A stretch of DNA of 60,587 nt from an uncultured Anaerolineae bacterium. Lineage in GTDB: Bacteria; Chloroflexota; Anaerolineae; VGOG01. Location of the stretch: NCBI GenBank assembly GCA_964625745.1, contig CAZVCJ010000005.1, positions 6,514-67,100 of the forward strand. The letters run 5' to 3'. The notes beneath the pieces were generated by a model, which did not search any database, was not told the origin of the DNA, and saw only the letters and a list, made by a program, of their open reading frames with translations. Below are positions 8,361-16,903 of the stretch, piece by piece. The position numbers and the translations under genes were made by a program. Position 1 is the first letter of the stretch; each line of letters begins with the position of its first letter.

Positions 8361-9300
8361 AATCAGCAAGAAACTTGTAGCGGGGCAGCCACTCGGCGAT
8401 GAAACGGATATTTCGCTCGAAGAGTTTATTGCTCTGTACCAGAAGATTGGTCAACAAGCAAACACGAAACAACGGGTTGATATCGTTCTTCTGAATGATC
8501 GCGCCTTTGTTCAATTCACAGATCTGCCACCAGGTAATGGTATAGTGTACATCAAATCAGAACGTCGCCTGACCCGTCAAGATTTCTCCCGGACGGTCGC
8601 TAATCCAGTATTTCACGGTGATGTCCTCGCCAGCACGATCAAAGAACAGATCAAGGAAGATCGCAGCAACATTTTGCTCTCTGGGGCTATTGGCCTACTC
8701 TTCACCGCTCTGCTTTTTTCACTGGGTAACTCGGTCGCTCCTAATTACCCGGCCTATTTGATCACCCCTAATAGCTTCCCAGCTACGGAACGAGCCATCA
8801 ACATGATAGTGAAGGTCAACGAGATGCTGCTGACGAGTGCAACTCTATTCCTAAGTGTTTTCCTGGTCTTCACAGTAGCTCAAAGCGCCAAGCTACAAGA
8901 GGACATTCGGCTATTCGACACCGGCCTGCTCCACAAGTTTGAGCACGACGATCGATTGGTCACTGTCATTGCCATTGTTAGTCTGATTTTGAGCGTACTG
9001 AATGTCACGCTGCTTGGCTTGCCAGTGTCCTTGGATGTCACTGCGTGGAATATGCTCGGATACACAGTCACACTTAACAAGCTTTCGCTGATAAGCCCTC
9101 TGATAACTGGTCTCACAATTGGAGCCCTGATCTACTGTTTTCTTGTCCTGTTGTATTATCTCAAGAGGATGATGCTTATCACCAATCGTGACATGAGTGC
9201 GAAAGTCTTGGAGAGAGCTCGGAGCCACCATCTCCACCATCAAGGAACTCTGCCAGCAAGTCGGGACGACGGATCAGCAGATCAAAGTGCTGGTGTATAA
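8329..9300 (+). CDS. hypothetical membrane protein: ~120-aa soluble N-domain plus four predicted TM helices
   Basis: Hydrophobic stretches ILLSGAIGLLFTALLFSLG, LLTSATLFLSVFLVFTVA, LVTVIAIVSLILSVLNVTLLGL and LISPLITGLTIGALIYCFLVLLYYL. Start ambiguous (8308 TTG, 8329/8332/8341 ATG). The last ~30 codons are read out of frame through a methyltransferase-tail remnant. Confidence 0.6.
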   Translation: MMPAMTDKVDEISKKLVAGQPLGDETDISLEEFIALYQKIGQQANTKQRVDIVLLNDRAFVQFTDLPPGNGIVYIKSERRLTRQDFSRTVANPVFHGDVLASTIKEQIKEDRSNILLSGAIGLLFTALLFSLGNSVAPNYPAYLITPNSFPATERAINMIVKVNEMLLTSATLFLSVFLVFTVAQSAKLQEDIRLFDTGLLHKFEHDDRLVTVIAIVSLILSVLNVTLLGLPVSLDVTAWNMLGYTVTLNKLSLISPLITGLTIGALIYCFLVLLYYLKRMMLITNRDMSAKVLERARSHHLHHQGTLPASRDDGSADQSAGV

Positions 9301-9515
9301 GATGTATGGGTTGACAGAGGAGGAGATTGGAGTGGTGGAGGGTTTGGACCACGAATGACACGAAAGGAGGCGAAAGGCGCGAAAGCGTTTCGTGCTTTTC
9401 GTGTTTTTTCGCTTGTTTCGTGATCCAAAGCACCGACGCGCGGAGATGGACGCGCTGGTGTATGAGTCGTATGGGTTGACTGAAGAAGAGATTGCTATTG
9501 TGAAGGGAGGGAGGA
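9255..9515 (+). repeat. tail-hairpin-tail module, copy 2
   Basis: Reads TDQQIKVLVYKMYGLTEEEIGVVEGLDHE*, then the palindrome, then AEMDALVYESYGLTEEEIAIVKGGRNE. The last tail supplies the GGGAGGGAGGA RBS and ATG of the next gene. Confidence 0.85.
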
Positions 9516-10682
9516 ATGAGTACCATTGACCTAGAAACTCTTTTGAATCTGGTCGGCACACTGGACGACAGCGACGACCCTAACAGCGCCCGCGCCCGCT
9601 TTCGGGCCTACCTGCAGGAAAGTACCCACAGCGTCGGCGACCTGCGGGCCTATGTGGACGCCGCTCTCTCCTCCAGCGGTGAGCAATACAACAAGGCACT
9701 GCAAGACCTAATCAATCACGCCGGTTACCTGCTGGGCTTTGAAGTGGAGTTCGGTCGCTATCGTGGCGTGCCGGGGCAAATTGGCTTCGATGGCCTGTGG
9801 CGTTCGCCCACCGGCCAGGCGCTAGTTGTGGAAGCTAAAACCACTGACGTGTACACCGTCAAGACGGCCACTCTTCTGGGTTACGTCAACGACCTGGTGT
9901 CTGCGGGCCAACTCGAGAGACCTGGTCAAGCCATCGGGCTTTACATCTACGGTCGGTTTGATGCTGCCACGAGCCAACTGGAGAAGGCCATCATCGCCGA
10001 GGGGCGTCAGGAACAACTGCGTGTGGCCAGCGTGGATGCGCTGTTGAACCTGCTAGAACTCAAGCAGGAATACGAATTGGAGCACGAGACAGTCTTTCAA
10101 CTCCTGCTCCCGTCTCCTGTCCGGGTGGATACCATTATCAATCTGATCTTCGACATCACCTCTCAGGAGCGACGAGCGGCGGTCGAAGAAGCGCCGGCTC
10201 TCGTACAGCCTGAACAGCCCACTGCAGAAAAGCAGATCAACTATTATCTGCTGCCAGCGGCTGATTCCGAGGATGGAATGCCCGTGTTGGAAAACCTGCA
10301 TCACTGGCTGGACCGAGGCATGTGGGGGTTGGGACAGCGCACCGGCTATCGTAAGTCTTTCCGCTCTGGCGACAGGCTGTGCTTCTACGCCGTACGCATC
10401 GGCGTCGTGGTCGAATGCACGGTCACTTCCCCTGCATTCGACCTGGACCGTAAGAAAAGCCCCAAGCCCCACCTGGAGGTGCCTTACGGCATCCGGCTGA
10501 AGGACGTGCGCTGGTTCGAGGACACCCCGATAGCTCTGACACCGGAGGTACGGGCCGAACTCAGCGCTTTCGAGGGACGTGACCTCAACAAGGGGTGGGC
10601 TTGGTTTGTGCAGGGCACAAGCAAGTTAACGGCAGAAGACTTTGAGCTTTTGACGGGGCTGAGGAAGCCTGGGCAGGGATAG
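9516..10682 (+). CDS. PD-(D/E)xK (Mrr-like) nuclease domain fused to a C-terminal EVE/PUA-like domain; candidate modification-dependent (type IV) restriction enzyme
   Basis: N-half carries FDGLW...ALVVEAKTT (D...ExK). C-half YYLLPA...WGLGQRTGYRKSFRSGDRLCFYAV...GVVVECTV follows the EVE/PUA-like pattern. Confidence 0.6.
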   Translation: MSTIDLETLLNLVGTLDDSDDPNSARARFRAYLQESTHSVGDLRAYVDAALSSSGEQYNKALQDLINHAGYLLGFEVEFGRYRGVPGQIGFDGLWRSPTGQALVVEAKTTDVYTVKTATLLGYVNDLVSAGQLERPGQAIGLYIYGRFDAATSQLEKAIIAEGRQEQLRVASVDALLNLLELKQEYELEHETVFQLLLPSPVRVDTIINLIFDITSQERRAAVEEAPALVQPEQPTAEKQINYYLLPAADSEDGMPVLENLHHWLDRGMWGLGQRTGYRKSFRSGDRLCFYAVRIGVVVECTVTSPAFDLDRKKSPKPHLEVPYGIRLKDVRWFEDTPIALTPEVRAELSAFEGRDLNKGWAWFVQGTSKLTAEDFELLTGLRKPGQG

Positions 10683-10699
10683 CGAGTCACAGAACGGGG

Positions 10700-10765
10700 A
10701 ATGATCACACTGAAAGGGTTTCAGTGGTCTCAGGGGTTTCAGTGAAGTCAGTGGTTCAGCGGACG
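10700..10765. repeat. REP-like word cluster (CACTGAAA/TTTCAGTG, CAGTGGTCTCAG)
   Basis: cacactgaaagggtttcagtggtctcaggggtttcagtgaagtcagtggttcagcgg; a related copy is at 11767-11812. Confidence 0.6.
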
Positions 10766-10767
10766 TG

Positions 10768-10988
10768 CGGAGATTGACGCGCTGGTGCATGAGTTGTATG
10801 GGCTGACGGAGGAGGAGATTGGGACGGTGGAGGGTTTGAACCACGAATGACACGAAAGGAGGCGAAAGGCGCGAAAGGGTTTCGTGCTTTTCGTGGCTTT
10901 TCGCTTGCTTCGTGATCCAAAGCACCGACGCGCGGAGATTGACGCGCTGGTGTATGAGTTGTATGGGTTGATGGGGGAGGAGACTTGA
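10768..10988 (+). repeat. tail-hairpin-tail module, copy 3
   Basis: Reads AEIDALVHELYGLTEEEIGTVEGLNHE*, then the palindrome, then AEIDALVYELYGLMGEET*. Confidence 0.85.
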
Positions 10989-11003
10989 AGTGGGAGGGAG
11001 CCC

Positions 11004-11432
11004 CTAATCTATCTGATCAGGGAACTCTTTGGCAAAGAAGTCGCGAACGGTGAGGATGGGGATGCCTGCGTACCCGCCTAGGTCCAGGAGGTGATGGTCG
11101 CCAGACACAACGCAGACGGCACCAGCGACGGTGGCACAGCGGAGGAAAACGTCATCGTCTGGGTCGGCTACCACGATGGGATCTCCTTCTGGCACCTCAA
11201 AGACAGAAGCCAGGTTCAGAGCATAAGCGACCAGTTCCTCGGAGGCCAGTCCGAGTTGCTCCAGACGAGGTTGGAGTCGTTCGTAGGACAGCACTTCAGC
11301 CAGCTCGACGAGCATAGAAGGGGCTATGCACAACTCGACTTCACCCGCTTCGGCCAGACACAGCAATTTCCAGGGCATCCCCCGCCATAGCAAACCGGAA
11401 ACCCAGACGTTGGTGTCAATCACGATGCGCAC
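11004..11432 (-). CDS. PIN-domain toxin (TIGR00305-like)
   Basis: N-terminus RIVIDTNVWVSGLL; 142 aa; GTG start 4 nt after the antitoxin stop. Confidence 0.8.
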   Translation of the reverse strand: MRIVIDTNVWVSGLLWRGMPWKLLCLAEAGEVELCIAPSMLVELAEVLSYERLQPRLEQLGLASEELVAYALNLASVFEVPEGDPIVVADPDDDVFLRCATVAGAVCVVSGDHHLLDLGGYAGIPILTVRDFFAKEFPDQID

Positions 11433-11435
11433 GGC

Positions 11436-11678
11436 TTACCTCGCTCGTCGCTGACGTCGAACCTCGTGGACGATCTCGTTGATCTCTTCCAGGGACAAAG
11501 GTTCCTCTTCTGGAGCGTGAGCCACGATACTCGTCACTGGAGGTGGCGTGACGCGCTTGAGGTGCACAGTGTCCCCTTCCACCCAGACGACGAAGCGATC
11601 TGAGGGACGAAAACGAGCGGCGACCTCTGCGGGCAGCTTCAGGGTGTGCCGTGAGGTTAGTTCGGCTATCTCGACCAT
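11436..11678 (-). CDS. AbrB/SpoVT-type antitoxin (80 aa)
   Basis: MVEIAELTSRHTLKLPAEVAARFRPSDRFVVWVEGDTVHLKRV is a swapped-hairpin AbrB-like pattern. ATG at 11678 with GAGGAGG RBS. The longer track ORF (to 11987) runs through repeats and is rejected. Confidence 0.7.
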   Translation of the reverse strand: MVEIAELTSRHTLKLPAEVAARFRPSDRFVVWVEGDTVHLKRVTPPPVTSIVAHAPEEEPLSLEEINEIVHEVRRQRRAR

Positions 11679-11924
11679 CTTGGCCTCCTCATTCGGTAAG
11701 TAGACTGCTTTGGATAGTATACTATATCCACTACACGATGTCAATCTTGTGCTGGAGTGGGAAGGGGCCTCAGTGGTCTCAGAGGCTTCAGCGGGGTCAG
11801 TGGTTAAGGGGACGAGGCAACGGATGGGAGCGGATACCAGGGAGGACGCAAGTGACTTCCAGGAAAATAATCCCCCAAAAACACCGATGATTATTGCTGC
11901 CTGGGCTCTGGATCTTCGCCGACC

Positions 11925-12060
11925 GCACGGGCATGAAGTGCCCGTGCTACAGAACAGCGCCCGATAAATCGGGCTCTTCGCCGCCAAATACCCAGAAAAC
12001 CATCGTTCAAGGGTGATTTATCACCCGCTACTCCGTAGCCCGACGACTTCATCGTCGGGC
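11925..12060. repeat. cluster of four perfect short hairpins (REP/BIME-like) with CTAC/GTAG flanks
   Basis: GCACGGGCatgaagtGCCCGTGC (11925-11947), GCCCGATaaATCGGGC (11959-11974), GGGTGATttATCACCC (12011-12026) followed by gCTAC, and GTAG + CCCGACGActtcaTCGTCGGG (12034-12060). Confidence 0.7.
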
Positions 12061-12267
12061 GGGTCGTGGCAACCTTGGGAGGTTTCGAATTCTGGAATTC
12101 CCTAACCCCATACACAGCTTCTAACAATTGGGCAAGAAATAAAGACGGGATTGATGGTACTCCACCAACTGCATCACCAATAGCACCCAAGGCGCCATAG
12201 ACACAGGGGAAAACCCTCCCGTCAACGACTGCTATTATAGCACATTTCCTTCCGAAAGGAAAACCAA

Positions 12268-15200
12268 ATGCCCCACGACATCATAGACAACCGCACGCGG
12301 GAGCTGGCTCCCGAAATCAACAACTTCCTGGCCGATAGCATCCGCGCCCACTTCGCCGTCGGCTATTTCTTCCTGTCGGGCTTTCAGGCCATCGCCGAGC
12401 ACATCCCCCACCTGGATCAACTGCGCCTGCTCATTGGCAACGTCACCAATCGCCAGACTATCGAGCAACTGGCCGAGGGCACCCACCACCTGGCGACCCT
12501 GCAACGGGCGGTGCGCCGCGAACGGATGGCCTCCGCCCAGGCTCCTCTCATCCGCGCTGAGACCGCCGACTCCATCCAGACCACCCTGGAGCTTCTGGAC
12601 CAGACCGACGACGCCCAGGCCCTGGTGCTCTCCCTGGCCGACCTCATCGCCCAGGGCAAGGTGCAGGTGAAGGTCTACACCCGCGGCCGCCTGCACGCCA
12701 AAGCCTACCTGTTCGACTTCGACCCGGCCCGCATCCGCGCCCAGACCGGCGCGGCCATCGTGGGCAGCTCCAACCTGTCGCTGGGCGGCGTCAGCCACAA
12801 CACGGAGCTCAACGTCCGCGTGTTCGGCGACGGCAACCACGCCGAGCTCTCCCGCTGGTTCAACGAGCTGTGGGACGAAGCCGAGGACTTCGACGCGGAC
12901 CTGATCCGCGAGCTGCGCCGCTCCTGGGCCGCCAGCCAGGTGCCCACCCCGGCAGGCCTCCGCCCTGTCAGCCCCCACGACGTCTACCTCAAGACCCTCT
13001 ACACCCTGGTCAAGGACCGGCTGGAGGGCCGCCGCGACACGGAGCTCCTGTGGGAAGCGGAGATGCCGGAGCTGGCCGACTTTCAGCGGGTGGCCGTCCG
13101 CCAGGCCGTCAAGATCCTGGATACCTACCACGGCGTCTTCGTGGCCGATGTGGTGGGCCTGGGCAAGACCTACATCGGCACCACCCTGCTCAAGCACTAC
13201 GCCCTCTATCGCGGCGCCCGCCCGCTGGTGGTCTGCCCTGCCTCGCTGGTGGAGATGTGGGAGTGGTTCATGGAACGCTACCAGATTGACGCCCCCGTCA
13301 TCTCCATGGGCCTCCTCAGCCAGAAGGGCCACGAGCGGATGCTGGCCGACAACTGGCGCTACCGTGACCGCGATCTGGTGCTGGTAGACGAGTCCCAGAA
13401 CTTTCGCTACGGTGATACCCAGCGCTACGCCGCCCTGCAATTGTTCACCCAGACCCGGCCCACCATCCTGCTGACCGCCACGCCCCGCGCCACCACCGCC
13501 TGGGACATCTACCACCAGATCAAGCTCTGGCATCCCCAGGATACCACCAGCATCCCCATTAACCCGCCCAACCTGCCGGAGTTCTTCCGCAAGGTGGAGC
13601 CGCGCAACGAGGAGCCGCCCAGCCGTGACCTGCAGGAGATCCTCAACCACGTCCTCATCCGCCGTACCCGCCACCACATCCGCACCTACTACCCCGACGC
13701 CCAGATCAACGGCCAGCCCCTGGTCTTCCCCGACCGCGAGTTGGAGACCATCACCTACAGCATCGAGGACACCTACCGTGCCCCGGGCGACACGGCGGGG
13801 GAGAGCCGCGTCTACCAGCGCCTGCACGACCTGATGGGCCAGCTCACCTACGCCCGCTATGCCCTGTTCGACTACGTTCTGCCCGAACACCAGCACGAGC
13901 CTAATTACGGGGAACTTCAACGAGCGGGCGCTGCCCTGCGCGGTCTGATGCGGGTCATGCTCTTCAAGCGTTTCGAGTCCAGCGTCCACGCCTTCCGCCA
14001 GACCGTCAACCGCCTGCGAAACCTGCAGCGCGCTTTCCAGGGCGCGCTGGACCGCGACCTGGTGCCCGCTGGCGACGAGGCCACTGACATCCTCTACAAG
14101 TCCGACCTGGACGACGAAGCCACTCTGTACCAGGCCCTGGAGAAAGCCAGCATCCGCTACCCCATCAGCGACTTCGACGTGCCCAAACTCCAGGGCGCCC
14201 TGGACACCGACATCGCTCTCCTGGACGAAATGGCCCGCCTGGTGGAGCCCATCGGCCCCCAGGAGGACAACAAACTCCAGCAGCTCATGGCCCTGATGGC
14301 CGGGAGCCGCACCCTGCCCGGCGATCGTTCGGCTGAGCGCTCACGACGAAGCCTGCTCCACGGCAAGGTACTCATCTTCACCCAGTACGCCGACACTGCC
14401 CACTACCTCTACGACAACCTGAGGCCCCTGGGCCGCATCCGCGCCGTGGAGAGCGGCACCACCGACCTGGCCCGCGTCATCCTGCGCTTCGCTCCCAAGG
14501 CCAACAACTATCAGCTCCAACCCGGCGACGAAGAGCTGCGCATCCTGGTCTCCACCGACGTCCTCAGCGAGGGCCTCAACCTGCAGGACGCCAACCACGT
14601 CATCAACTACGACCTGCACTGGAATCCCATCCGTCTCATCCAGCGCGTGGGCCGCGTGGACCGCATTGGCACCGAGCACGATACCATCTACGCCTACAAC
14701 TTCCTGCCTGAGACCGGCCTGGAGCGCGAGCTGGGCATCGAGCAGCGCCTGGAGCACCGCATCGCCGACATTCACCGCACCATCGGCGAGGATGCCCCTG
14801 TTCTACACAAGAGCGAGCAGATCAACGCCGAGGCCATGTACGCCATCTATCGGGGCGATCCCAGCGTTTTTGAAGACGAACCCGAGCCCGACATCTTCAA
14901 CCTGCTGGAGGCGGAAGAACTCATGCGCCAGCTCCAGCGCACCGACCCCGACCGCTTTCAGGAGATCGCCACCATGCCCGACGGCATCCGCAGCGCGCGT
15001 CAGGCGGTTGGCGAGCCTGGCCCTTCGGCGAGCTCAGGACAGGGCCTGTTCGTCTTCTGCCAGGCGGGCAGCTACCAGCGCCTCTACCTGGTTGACCAAG
15101 CGGGTCATCGCACCGCAGATCCTCAGCGGGCCATCCACGCCATCCGCTGCGAGGAAGACGAGCCTACCCTGGCGCTGCCTGCCGGCATCAACCAGCGCAT

Positions 15201-15576
15201 CGCCGCCGTCAAACGCGACTTCGACGCCGAGGTTCGCGCCCGTGAGGCCGAGATACGCCACAGAGTAGGCACAGCCCTGGGTCGCGACTACGCCCTGGCG
15301 GAGCTGCGCCTCATCTTCGATGCCGAAGAGGACCCGGAGGAAAAAGCTCGTCTAACCCTCCTGTCCGAGATTCTCACCACTGTCCCATTGACCGCCCGCG
15401 CCCATCGTGAGCTCAACAACCTGCGTCGCAGCAGGATCACCGGCCTGGCCTTGATCGAGCAACTCCTGCGCATCGTCCGTGACTACAACCTGGAGGAGGC
15501 CCACCATATCATCGCCGACCGGGCTGAGGAAGCACCGCTGATCCCACGTATTGTTTGTAGTGAGGCGCTGTTGTAG
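12268..15576 (+). CDS. PLD-family (single HKD) nuclease domain fused to an SNF2-family helicase
   Basis: N-domain RLHAKAYLF...IVGSSNLSLGG (HKD motif). Helicase motifs DVVGLGKT (I), LVLVDESQNFR (II), ILLTATP (III), LSEGLNLQ (V) and QRVGRVDRIG (VI). Confidence 0.85.
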   Translation: MPHDIIDNRTRELAPEINNFLADSIRAHFAVGYFFLSGFQAIAEHIPHLDQLRLLIGNVTNRQTIEQLAEGTHHLATLQRAVRRERMASAQAPLIRAETADSIQTTLELLDQTDDAQALVLSLADLIAQGKVQVKVYTRGRLHAKAYLFDFDPARIRAQTGAAIVGSSNLSLGGVSHNTELNVRVFGDGNHAELSRWFNELWDEAEDFDADLIRELRRSWAASQVPTPAGLRPVSPHDVYLKTLYTLVKDRLEGRRDTELLWEAEMPELADFQRVAVRQAVKILDTYHGVFVADVVGLGKTYIGTTLLKHYALYRGARPLVVCPASLVEMWEWFMERYQIDAPVISMGLLSQKGHERMLADNWRYRDRDLVLVDESQNFRYGDTQRYAALQLFTQTRPTILLTATPRATTAWDIYHQIKLWHPQDTTSIPINPPNLPEFFRKVEPRNEEPPSRDLQEILNHVLIRRTRHHIRTYYPDAQINGQPLVFPDRELETITYSIEDTYRAPGDTAGESRVYQRLHDLMGQLTYARYALFDYVLPEHQHEPNYGELQRAGAALRGLMRVMLFKRFESSVHAFRQTVNRLRNLQRAFQGALDRDLVPAGDEATDILYKSDLDDEATLYQALEKASIRYPISDFDVPKLQGALDTDIALLDEMARLVEPIGPQEDNKLQQLMALMAGSRTLPGDRSAERSRRSLLHGKVLIFTQYADTAHYLYDNLRPLGRIRAVESGTTDLARVILRFAPKANNYQLQPGDEELRILVSTDVLSEGLNLQDANHVINYDLHWNPIRLIQRVGRVDRIGTEHDTIYAYNFLPETGLERELGIEQRLEHRIADIHRTIGEDAPVLHKSEQINAEAMYAIYRGDPSVFEDEPEPDIFNLLEAEELMRQLQRTDPDRFQEIATMPDGIRSARQAVGEPGPSASSGQGLFVFCQAGSYQRLYLVDQAGHRTADPQRAIHAIRCEEDEPTLALPAGINQRIAAVKRDFDAEVRAREAEIRHRVGTALGRDYALAELRLIFDAEEDPEEKARLTLLSEILTTVPLTARAHRELNNLRRSRITGLALIEQLLRIVRDYNLEEAHHIIADRAEEAPLIPRIVCSEALL

Positions 15577-15615
15577 CCACAGGGTGCAGCCCCAAACAAA
15601 TCGAGGAGGCAAACA

Positions 15616-16779
15616 ATGAAACTCGCTATCAGAATGACCAGGCTAGGCACGGAGACGGCCTTTGAGGTGTTGATGAAAGCCAGGGCGCTGGAGGCCCAGG
15701 GCCGGGAGATCGTCCACCTGGAGATCGGCGAGCCCGACTTCGATACCCCTGCCAACATCGTCGAGGCGGCCATCAAAGCTCTGCGCCAGGGCCAGACGCA
15801 TTACACCCCGTCGGCTGGCATCCCCCAGCTCAGGGAGGCCATCGCCGAGGAGGTCTCCACCACCCGAGGCATCGAGGTCAATCCAGACCAGGTGGTGGTC
15901 ACGCCGGGCGGCAAGCCCATCATGTTCTTCACCATCCTGGCCCTGTGCGAGCAGGGCGACGAGGTCATCTACCCCAACCCAGGCTTCCCCATCTACGGAT
16001 CCATGATCAATTTCGTTGGCGCCACACCGGTGCCCGTCCCGCTTCTGATGGAAAAGGACTTCCGCTTCGACATCGAAGAGTTCAAGAGCCTGGTCTCCCC
16101 CCGAACCAAGATGATCATCCTCAACTCGCCTCATAATCCCACCGGCGGGGTGCTGACCCAGGAGGATCTGGAAGCCATCGCCGAGGCGGCCATGGAGAAC
16201 GACGCCGTGGTGCTTTCGGATGAGATCTACAGCCGCATGGTTTACGAGGGAGAGTTCGCCAGCATCACTCAATTCCCCGGCATGGAAGAGCGAACCATCA
16301 TTTTGGATGGCTTCTCCAAGACCTACGCCATGACGGGCTGGCGGATGGGCTACGGGGTGATGCCCCAGTGGCTGGCAACGCAGGTATCCAATCTGATGGT
16401 CAACTCCAACTCCTGCACCGCCGCCTTCAGTCAGTGGGCCGGCGTCGAGGCCCTCACAGGGCCGCAGGACGAGTCCCAGAAGATGATCGAGGCCTTCCGC
16501 CAGCGGCGGGACGTCATCGTGGACGGCCTCAACCAGATCCCTGGCTTCCGCTGCCTGAGGCCCAAAGGCGCTTTCTACGTCTTCCCCAACATCGAGGGCA
16601 CGGGCAAGAGTTCCCAGGAGATGGAGGATTTCCTGCTCAACGAAGCCGGCGTGGCCACTCTGGCCGGCACGTCCTTCGGCGAGTACGGCGAGGGCTTCCT
16701 CCGCTTCTCGTACGCCAACTCGGTGGAGAACATACAGAAAGCCCTGGGCAGGATCGGTGAGGCCATAGCCGGGCTGTAG
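15616..16779 (+). CDS. class I/II PLP aminotransferase (aspartate aminotransferase-like)
   Basis: HLEIGEPDFDTP, NSPHNPTG and SKTYAMTGWRMGY motifs; RBS GAGGAGG. Confidence 0.85.
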   Translation: MKLAIRMTRLGTETAFEVLMKARALEAQGREIVHLEIGEPDFDTPANIVEAAIKALRQGQTHYTPSAGIPQLREAIAEEVSTTRGIEVNPDQVVVTPGGKPIMFFTILALCEQGDEVIYPNPGFPIYGSMINFVGATPVPVPLLMEKDFRFDIEEFKSLVSPRTKMIILNSPHNPTGGVLTQEDLEAIAEAAMENDAVVLSDEIYSRMVYEGEFASITQFPGMEERTIILDGFSKTYAMTGWRMGYGVMPQWLATQVSNLMVNSNSCTAAFSQWAGVEALTGPQDESQKMIEAFRQRRDVIVDGLNQIPGFRCLRPKGAFYVFPNIEGTGKSSQEMEDFLLNEAGVATLAGTSFGEYGEGFLRFSYANSVENIQKALGRIGEAIAGL

Positions 16780-16903
16780 AAGCGCCCACCATCCAACATC
16801 ACTCACCTCCAGCAATCTGTGAGTCAGCATCATGTTTACCTCTATTATTGTCAAGGGATACTACTCGACTCTGCCCCCTGGCCGGGTCTAATGTGGAGCT
16901 ACC

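Noticed and set aside
7086-10985. Could the tail-hairpin modules be attC sites or a CRISPR-like array?
   Set aside because: I looked for RYYYAAC/GTTRRRY cores at the module edges and found none. The repeats are ~155 bp with 1-2 kb gene-containing intervals, unlike CRISPR repeats and spacers. No cas genes or integrase are present.
11436-11987. 183-aa version of the antitoxin ORF
   Set aside because: The N-terminal 100 residues are translated from REP-like word repeats. An internal ATG at 11678 has a GAGGAGG RBS and yields a normal 80-aa AbrB-type protein.
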